Below are positions 1 through 6,850 of a DNA stretch of 64,000 nucleotides, one piece after another. The position numbers and the translations under genes are program-made. This DNA is from Tubulanus polymorphus. Taxonomy: Eukaryota; Animalia; Nemertea. Numbering within the stretch: position 1 is the first letter of the stretch; each line of letters starts with the position of its first letter. The notes under the pieces are model-generated. The model was not told the DNA's origin. It saw only the letters and a program-made list of their open reading frames with translations, and searched no databases. Location: positions 1 to 64,000 of the forward strand of contig NC_134033.1 in assembly GCF_964204645.1 (NCBI RefSeq). The letters are read 5' to 3'.

Positions 1-180
1 GGTGGTGGATTGCTTTTCGGTATCCCTAACTCTAATACCTTCCGGCAGGTGGAGTTAGCCGGCTTTCCCGCTGCCAGTGTCACAGTGGGGTTCTGAAAAG
101 ATATCAGTTAATTACTCTCGATTAATTGTGGTGGGTTAATCTGAAGAACACAAAAACATTAATTGATACTCTGATTGGTT
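1..180 (+). mobile_element. Non-telomeric cap distal to the telomeric array; diverged, inverted homologue of the SINE-like body at about 1977-2130
   Basis: Colinear blocks shared with the reverse complement of 1977-2130: GGTGGTGGATTGCTTTTC vs GGTGGTTGACAGATTTTC (14/18), CTAACTCTAAT vs CTAATACTCTAAT, TAATTAC, GATTAATTG, and GGGTTAAT vs GGGTT(T)AAT. Confidence 0.45.
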
Positions 181-1924
181 CCCCTAACCTATACCTCTAA
201 ACCTAACCCTAACCCTAACCCTAACCCTAACCCTAACCCTAACCCTAACCCTAACCCTAACCCTAACCCTAACCCTAACCCTAACCCTAACCCAACCCTA
301 ACCCTAACCCTAACCCTAACCCTAACCCTAACCCTAACCCTAACCCTAACCCTAACCCTAACCCTAACCCTAACCCTAACCCTAACCCTAACCCTAACCC
401 TAACCCTAACCCTAACCCTAACCCTAACCCTAACCCTAACCCTAACCCTAACCCTAACCCTAACCCTAACCCTAACCCTAACCCTAACCCTAACCCTAAC
501 CCTAACCCTAACCCTAACCCTAACCCTAACCCTAACCCTAACCCTAACCCTAACCCTAACCCTAACCCTAACCCTAACCCTAACCCTAACCCTAACCCTA
601 ACCCTAACCCTAACCCTAACCCTAACCTAACCTAACCCTAACCCTAACCCTAACCCTAACCCTAACCCTAACCCTAACCCTAACCCTAACCCTAACCCTA
701 ACCCTAACCCTAACCCTAACCCTAACCCTAACCCTAACCCTAACCCTAACCCTAACCCTAACCCTAACCCTAACCCTAACCCTAACCCTAACCCTAACCC
801 TAACCCTAACCCTAACCCTAACCCTAACCCTAACCCTAACCCTAACCCTAACCCTAACCCTAACCCTAACCCTAACCCTAACCCTAACCCTAACCCTAAC
901 CCTAACCCTAACCCTAACCCTAACCCTAACCCTAACCCTAACCCTAACCCTAACCCTAACCCTAACCCTAACCCTAACCCTAACCCTAACCCTAACCCTA
1001 ACCCTAACCCTAACCCTAACCCTAACCCTAACCCTAACCCTAACCCTAACCCTAACCCTAACCCTAACCCTAACCCTAACCCTAACCCTAACCCTAACCC
1101 TAACCCTAACCCTAACCCTAACCCTAACCCTAACCCTAACCCTAACCCTAACCCTAACCCTAACCCTAACCCTAACCCTAACCCTAACCCTAACCCTAAC
1201 CCTAACCCTAACCCTAACCCTAACCCTAACCCTAACCCTAACCCTAACCCTAACCCTAACCCTAACCCTAACCCTAACCCTAACCCTAACCCTAACCCTA
1301 ACCCTAACCCTAACCCTAACCCTAACCCTAACCCTAACCCTAACCCTAACCCTAACCCTAACCCTAACCCTAACCCTAACCCTAACCCTAACCCTAACCC
1401 TAACCCTAACCCTAACCCTAACCCTAACCCTAACCCTAACCCTAACCCTAACCCTAACCCTAACCCTAACCCTAACCCTAACCCTAACCCTAACCCTAAC
1501 CCTAACCCTAACCCTAACCCTAACCCTAACCCTAACCCTAACCCTAACCCTAACCCTAACCCTAACCCTAACCCTAACCCTAACCCTAACCCTAACCCTA
1601 ACCCTAACCCTAACCCTAACCCTAACCCTAACCCTAACCCTAACCCTAACCCTAACCCTAACCCTAACCCTAACCCTAACCCTAACCCTAACCCTAACCC
1701 TAACCCTAACCCTAACCCTAACCCTAACCCTAACCCTAACCCTAACCCTAACCCTAACCCTAACCCTAACCCTAACCCTAACCCTAACCCTAACCCTAAC
1801 CCTAACCCTAACCCTAACCCTAACCCTAACCCTAACCCTAACCCTAACCCTAACCCTAACCCTAACCCTAACCCTAACCCTAACCCTAACCCTAACCCTA
1901 ACCCTAACCCTAACCCTAACCCTA
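181..1924 (-). repeat. Telomeric (TTAGGG)n array, C-strand on +; about 286 units
   Basis: Near-perfect CCCTAA from 207 to 1924, with a degenerate lead-in at 181-206 (CCCCTAACCTATACCTCTAAACCTAA). The only variants seen are CCCAA at 291 and two CCTAA at 626-635. Polarity is that of a left chromosome end. Confidence 0.99.
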
Positions 1925-1990
1925 GCCTTATCCCATTAAACCCTAGCCTTATCCCATTAAACCCTAGCCTTATCCCATTAAACCCTAGCT
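1920..1990. repeat. 21-bp tandem repeat CCCTAGCCTTATCCCATTAAA, about 3.3 copies, abutting the telomeric array
   Basis: Exact copies at 1920-1940, 1941-1961 and 1962-1982, then a partial CCCTAGCT. Confidence 0.95.
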
Positions 1991-2090
1991 TGCAATTAAT
2001 CAGAATCATGTATGTAATTAGAGAATTGGAGAATTAGCCTTATCCCATTAACCCTAGCTTAATCAGAATCATGAATGTAATTAGAGAATT
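1965..2090. repeat. Imperfect direct duplication of about 60 bp
   Basis: TAGCCTTATCCCATTA(A)ACCCTAGCTT...AATCAGAATCATG(T/A)ATGTAATTAGAGAATT occurs at 1965-2027 and 2035-2090. Confidence 0.9.
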
Positions 2091-2126
2091 AGAGTATTAG
2101 TGAAGTACGAGTGAAAATCTGTCAAC

Positions 2127-2202
2127 CACCGACACCGGGACTCGAACCACGGATGTCTCGCTTGCAAGGCAGGCGATGCTCTACCACTTGAGCTATCGGG
2201 GC
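2127..2202 (-). pseudogene. tRNA-derived sequence (anticodon TGC, Ala-like); pseudo-tRNA or SINE head with intact Pol III A and B boxes
   Basis: Minus strand reads GCCCCGATAGCTCAAGTGGTAGAGCATCGCCTGCCTTGCAAGCGAGACATCCGTGGTTCGAGTCCCGGTGTCGGTG. A box TAGCTCAAGTGG (2195-2184), B box GGTTCGAGTCC (2148-2138), loop CTTGCAA. The anticodon stem has 4 extra nt, the T stem has a bulge and the acceptor stem is mispaired. Confidence 0.85.
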
Positions 2203-2414
2203 GACTTGCTTGTTTTGATTCGTTCTAAGCCTTCTAGCACAGACTAGAGAACACAGATAGAGATTTGGTGGCTCTTGACCATTAATTACACACCTAATTA
2301 TTAACTCATTGACAATGCCTTTTCATAGGTTGTACACTTGCGTAAGGGTCTCTTCTCTCTGCCTGCAAAGTTTCAAGCTACTTCGATCATCCTTAACGGA
2401 ATTAAAACAAGTTT

Positions 2415-2921
2415 TAAGGGGTTGTTTTCAGTTCTGGACAGAGTATTTTCGCGTATTTTCACCTATCTCCGACACTAATTTTTCCAACCTAGGCTCAACA
2501 GAAGCCCGCATCCGAGGATTTTATGTTTCTATACATACTATAGGGCCCTTTCTAAATACCTGAAATACCTCAGAGCCCTGAGCTTTCTAGAAAGGGTCTT
2601 GCAACCCCCTGAAATGTGGTCGCACGGCCGTCTGAGACCCCTGGTAAATCCGTGCACCAAAAGGTAGAAAGGGGTGACTTGCAGGTCTAGGGTCCTTTTT
2701 ATAAGGTTTGCACACTTTGATTAGACCCTCCCCTAGGTCCCTGAGAAGTTTCAGAGCCCTAGGGTCACTATTAAGGTCGTAGGAGATGTTAGAAGAGGGG
2801 TCGTTTTTCACGTTTTTCATGTCTCGACTTAGTGTATTTTCGCGTATTTTGACACTGATTTTTCGCGTTGGGTCCACACAGACCCAATGGACCCCACACC
2901 CAGGGTTTTTATGGTTTTGTA
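2415..2921. repeat. Diverged direct repeats in a subtelomeric spacer (offset about 391 bp)
   Basis: GTATTTTCGCGTATTTT is exact at 2443-2459 and 2834-2850. Each copy is preceded by GGGGTYGTTTT and followed by GACACT(A/G)ATTTTTC and TTTTATG. CAGAGCCCT occurs at 2571 and 2752. Confidence 0.6.
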
Positions 2922-3003
2922 TCAATACGCCTAAACCCATCTTTTCAGATTGAATCCATCAACTTCAGAAGCATAAGTAGTCAGAAAATTCTGAATCTTT
3001 CAA
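2922..3003 (+). repeat. Orphan partial monomer of the 102-bp satellite
   Basis: TCAATACGCCTAAACCCATCTTTTCAGATTGAATCCATCAACTTCAGAAGCATAAGTAGTCAGAAAATTC matches the rare array variant at about 12454-12523. Confidence 0.95.
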
Positions 3004-3262
3004 TGTCATGACCCATATGCTATATTTTAAATTTCAATATATTATAAGTTACAGTCTATGGTTTTGTATACAGTATTCTCGAGTTGGCATCCAGTCAGAC
3101 CACAAACTATTCCCAATCAACTGTAAAATGTTAACCAACCATATAATCATGTACGCTACAGTCCTCTGAATAATGCCGTTAGTCAGTCGACTTCATATTA
3201 CTACAACGTGTTGGTCGTTTACTTTGGGTCCGCCTTGCTTTGGGTCCGCCACATTCCGGACA
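3004..3262 (+). repeat. 5' LTR (259 bp) of the BEL/Pao element
   Basis: Starts TGTC and ends GACA (4-bp terminal inverted repeat). It begins exactly where the satellite monomer breaks and ends 2 nt before the PBS. Internal CTTTGGGTCCGCC occurs twice (3222, 3238). Confidence 0.8.
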
Positions 3263-3264
3263 TT

Positions 3265-3278
3265 TGGTCCCTCGAGCC
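3265..3278 (+). promoter_or_regulatory. Primer-binding site, tRNA-Tyr-like
   Basis: TGGTCCCTCGAGCC is one mismatch from TGGTCCTTCGAGCC, the tRNA-Tyr-complementary PBS common in BEL/Pao elements. Confidence 0.8.
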
Positions 3279-3293
3279 TCTACTATTAGTGAA

Positions 3294-3630
3294 ATGGAAA
3301 AAATGGAGAAATTCAAAGCGTCTCGTGCAGCTCACCGAGGACAATTTACTAAGCTGAAGTCTAAATGTGATCTAAATGTGTGTAAGGTACGTCATTTTTG
3401 AAAAATATGAATTCAAAATTAGAACTCTTAGAAAGTTTGGACTGTCAAATCTTAGAGGAAGCGGATGTCTATCACATCTTATACAGACTTAGTTGTCGAA
3501 TTCGACGAGTATATTTGAGAACGGAAGCTTGAGGTGGACACATTAGAAATGGCTTTCAGTGAGCTGGCATTAAGGATGAAAGCTTCAACCACAAATTCAC
3601 AAAATTTGAGGGGCGCTAATAGTCAGTCGA
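3294..3630 (+). pseudogene. gag: BEL/Pao gag N-terminal coiled-coil fragment, frameshifted
   Basis: Manual translation across frameshifts gives MEKMEKFKASRAAHRGQFTKLKSK, then LKNMNSKLELLESLDCQILEEAD, then VVEFDEY. Confidence 0.7.
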
Positions 3631-4180
3631 TTGGGTGTTCAACCAATTGGCAAAGAATTAATTAGTACAGGTAGTTTTGGATCTAACGTGCCGAGTAATC
3701 AAGAAGTTGACGTAGTTAGCATTAAAGTTACATGTAATGATAATTCAATAGAAATAATCGAAGCTTTAGTCATCCCCTTGATCACTTGACCCTTAGTTAA
3801 TTTCCAATTCAATCTAAGCAAAATTCCGGAATTCAATGGGTTGAGGTTGGCACGTTTTTGTACGTCTAATAAGATCGATATTCTAATCGGTAGTGATTAC
3901 TATTACAAATTCATTCAGTCCAATCTAATTAAATCTTCAACTGGACCTGCAGCATTAGATTCCAGATTAGGGTACATTATATCTGGACCTGTATTTTATG
4001 AATTTAATTCTAGTCGTTCTGAGACAAATGAGCGTTTTTTGAACCTGAAGAGAATTATTGGAGTCTTGAAACTATTGGTATACAACCAACTACACTGCAA
4101 GAGAATTTCTTTGAAAACTATTGTACCAATTATATTTCTAAGTCAGATAATATGTACATTGCCAGATTGCCCTGGGAAAG
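3631..4180 (+). pseudogene. BEL/Pao aspartic protease (DUF1758-like) C-terminal half and pre-RT linker
   Basis: LGVQPIGKELISTGSFGS...IEALVIPLIT*PL...LRLA...IDILIGSDYYYKFI...GPAALDSRLGYIISGP, then after a frameshift NYWSLETIGIQ...MYIARLPWES. The catalytic D-S/T-G motif is absent. Confidence 0.85.
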
Positions 4181-4245
4181 TGGGCTTTCAGATCAGAGAT
4201 CGAAGGTCGAGACACCACTCATCACCACAAGTAATTTTTTTTCTT

Positions 4246-4253
4246 TATAAATG
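4246..4253 (+). promoter_or_regulatory. TATAAATG start context after a T-run
   Basis: TTTTTTTTCTTTATAAATG overlaps the ATG at 4251. TAAATG is the poxvirus late-promoter/initiator motif, but chance occurrence is plausible in AT-rich DNA. Confidence 0.3.
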
Positions 4254-6597
4254 GGGGAGAATGAACACCAGACAGAAAACAATAATGTTATTAAATATCA
4301 ATATTATTGTCCATATTGTAAAAAATACATTGATAAATCTCAGAAATCGCGTCATGAAAAATCTGCAAATCATATAAAAAATGTTATAGATTTTGAAACT
4401 CCAGAAAATTCCAATGAAAGAAAAGAACGATTAGTAAATATGAATGTGGATGAAATAAAATGTGAAGTTTGTGATGAATCTATAACAAAAAGGAATTACA
4501 ATAGACATCTCGAAACAGAAAAACACCATCCAAATTTGAGAAATAATGTTTTAGGAATAGATTATTTTGATGATAAACCTCAACAAGTAAAAAAACCAAC
4601 TTCAAAAACTAAATCCATTTCAAATAAACCTTACATGGAAAATGTTAGAAATTATATTGATTCACTAGAAATAAAAGATACAATTGAAATATTAGAAACA
4701 TTACGTAGTAAAATTGGTCCTGCAGCTATTATATTTACATTTTTTAAAGTTACAACAATAGAAGATTATAGTAAATTTAATGAAATAATAGAATAAATAA
4801 CAGATTTGATAACAGATGTTGAATATCCAAAAATTAGTATCTCTGGGAAAGTTTTTAAAGTCAGAAGATAAAATGGATTATAATATTCAAACACTCTCTG
4901 AAGAAATAATTTCAAAAACACAAATAAAAGAGAAGTTAGAAAAAATATTTAATGAATTTAAACGTCATATTGAAGAAAGATATTTTGAGGGTTCTAGTTT
5001 AACATTGAATGAAATTATATTTATAGATTTAAATGTTTATAATACAAAAAGAAATAAAACATCAAAAAGTAATAAAATGTTTAAAAATGATTCAAACTTT
5101 ACTACAGAAAAGGATAATTAAGCATCATCTTTTATTAAATTACCATTTACAACAAAAGCAGTAATAAATATTCAAAATGAAGATAATAAATGTTTTCTAT
5201 GGTCAATTATTAGTTGCTTACATCCAACTCAGGAAAATGTTTGTAGAATAACAGATTACCGGAACTATGAAACATTATATAAAATTGATCAATATCCAGT
5301 AACTATAAAAATGATTCCTAAAATAGAAAAAGTTAATAATTCAAAAATAAATATATTTGAATTAATGCAATTACCAGAGACAAAAGGTGAAAATATTGAA
5401 GATTATACATTGGAAGCTTTATATTTAACAGAATATTATGATGATGAAAATGCTATAGATTTGTTATATTACAAAAAAGATGAAAATGAACATTATATGT
5501 GGTTAAAACAAATGGATTTATTCTTTAGAACAGAAAGTGATCATCATCATAAAATTTATCTATGTAGAAAAATGTTTATCTAAATTTATGACTGAGAATA
5601 CATTATTAAAACATAAAGAATTATGTGATAATAAAGATCTTTGTAAATTAATAAATAATGCCAACAGAAAAAGATTATAAATTGAAAATTACTAATCATA
5701 AATTTAAGAATATTGTTCCATTTGTAATTTATGGGGATTTTGAATCGTTGAATAAAGAATTAACTGATCAAGATAGAAAAGAAATATATAAGAAAAAGCA
5801 ATTATTAAAATCAATGGATAAAGGAAATGAATTAAATGAAGACACAATACAAGACCCGCCAATTATAAATACAATTAAAAAAGTTCATCAAAGAGCTGCT
5901 GCTTATGGAATTTATATAAAATCAAATTATCCTAAATTACATGAAAGTAAATATATTTCTTTTAGAGGTGAAGATGTAGTTAATAATTTTTGTAACAAAA
6001 TAATTGAATTAGAAAGTGATTTGGCAGAATTATTAAACAAAAATAAAAGAATAGTTATGACGAAAGAAGATGAAATTGATTTTAATTATGCAACTCATTG
6101 TTGTTATTGTGAAAAACGTTTTTATTCATTTGATAAAAAAGTTAGAGATCATGATCATTTAAATTCAGAATATCGTGAGGCTGCTCATGAAGATTGTAAT
6201 TTACAAGCTAAAAAAGTAAATTTCGTTCCAATATTATTTCATTTATCGGGCTATGATACCCATCTATTTATAAAACAATTATCGGGAAAATTGGGCGCAA
6301 TTAATCAAGAAATAGAAGAATATAATGCTATGAATGGTGTAAATGTAAGAAAATATGATTTTTAACTATTAGCTAAAACATCTGAAAATTATATTTCATT
6401 TCAATTTGGTTGCATTAGATTTTTAGATTCTTATAGATTTCGAGCAAGTTCATTAGATATTTTATCAAAAAGTTTACTTGATAATGATTTTGTTATAACT
6501 CGATATTATTATCCAAATGAACAAGATTTTAAATTATTGGTATAAAGGTGCAATTCCTTATTCATTTTATAAAACACACAATGATTTTAGAATATGA
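4251..6597 (+). pseudogene. Polinton/Maverick (adintovirus-like) protein-primed family B DNA polymerase, N-terminal part, disrupted and truncated before the palm
   Basis: ORFs 4251, 4816, 5311 and 5658 and the DNA between them join into one protein. It has two C2H2-like fingers (CPYC..H..H, CEVC..H..H), EGSSLTL, SSFIKLP..AVINIQNEDNKCFLWSI..LHP, CRKC..HKELC, ExoI FVIYGDFES (5730-5744), endonuclease VII-like CCYC..VRDHDH..AAHEDCNL (6099-6203), ExoII FHLSGYD, RFLDSYRF..SSLD and KGAIPY. In-frame stops at 5119 and 6363, plus several frameshifts. Confidence 0.88.
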
Positions 6598-6604
6598 AGC
6601 TGCA

Positions 6605-6850
6605 GTTAGGGGTAGGGGTACCCGAATGACCCGAAAGTAGGTCGATTTTTTTGACATTTTGGAGGCCCCTAACGACCCCAGAATAGCTAGATCATCAGAA
6701 ACAAGCTGAATCATCATATTCTAGTGTAGGGAAGCGTATTAGACCGTCTAGAAGTTTGAGAACCCAATATTTTTTGAAAAAATTTTTTTTTCGAAATAAA
6801 GTTAGCAAATCTCAGGATCTGGTTTTTAGATAAGTCGCATGGAAAGAGTT
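6605..6850. other. Unique spacer between the PolB break and the satellite; possible DNA-transposon end
   Basis: Abrupt compositional change starting GTTAGGGGTAGGGGTACCCG, followed by long A/T runs. No partner inverted repeat was found in the window. Confidence 0.3.

Larger units (their letters stand above)
1920..2205 (-). mobile_element. Putative tRNA-derived SINE-like element (head, AT-rich body, tandem-repeat tail) pointing toward the telomere
   Basis: Layout of degenerate tRNA head, unrelated body and 3' short tandem repeats is typical of SINEs. No target-site duplication was found. Confidence 0.55.
3004..4180 (+). mobile_element. Decayed, internally deleted and 3'-truncated BEL/Pao LTR retrotransposon
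   Basis: 5' LTR, PBS, gag N-terminus, C-terminal half of a DUF1758-type protease and the YWSLETIGI...YIARLPW linker motifs typical of Pao polyproteins. No RT, RNase H, integrase or 3' LTR. Confidence 0.88.

Noticed and set aside
90-150. Hammerhead ribozyme (GAAA at 95, CTGAAGA at 141), as found in Penelope-like elements
   Set aside because: With stem I placed at 121-125/136-140 the cleavage triplet is not NUH, and stem II does not pair in register.
291-635. CCCAA and CCTAA (TTAGG-type) variants as a mixed telomere
   Set aside because: Only three single-base deletions in about 286 units, compatible with sequencing error or sporadic telomerase slippage.
175-2009. ORFs 175-630 (PN/LT repeats) and 627-2009 (GL repeats)
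   Set aside because: These are translations of stop-free frames of the telomeric hexamer.
2127-2202. Functional tRNA-Ala(TGC) gene
   Set aside because: The acceptor stem has three mismatches in the canonical register, the anticodon stem has a 4-nt insertion and the T stem is bulged.
2309-2940. ORFs 2309-2563 (+) and 2587-2940 (-)
   Set aside because: Short, with no recognisable motifs; they overlap decayed repeats and the orphan satellite monomer.
3841-4377. ORF 3841-4377 as an intact 178-aa gene
   Set aside because: Only the first ~55 aa are BEL protease. Homology then shifts frame and the rest is off-frame read-through into the PolB region.
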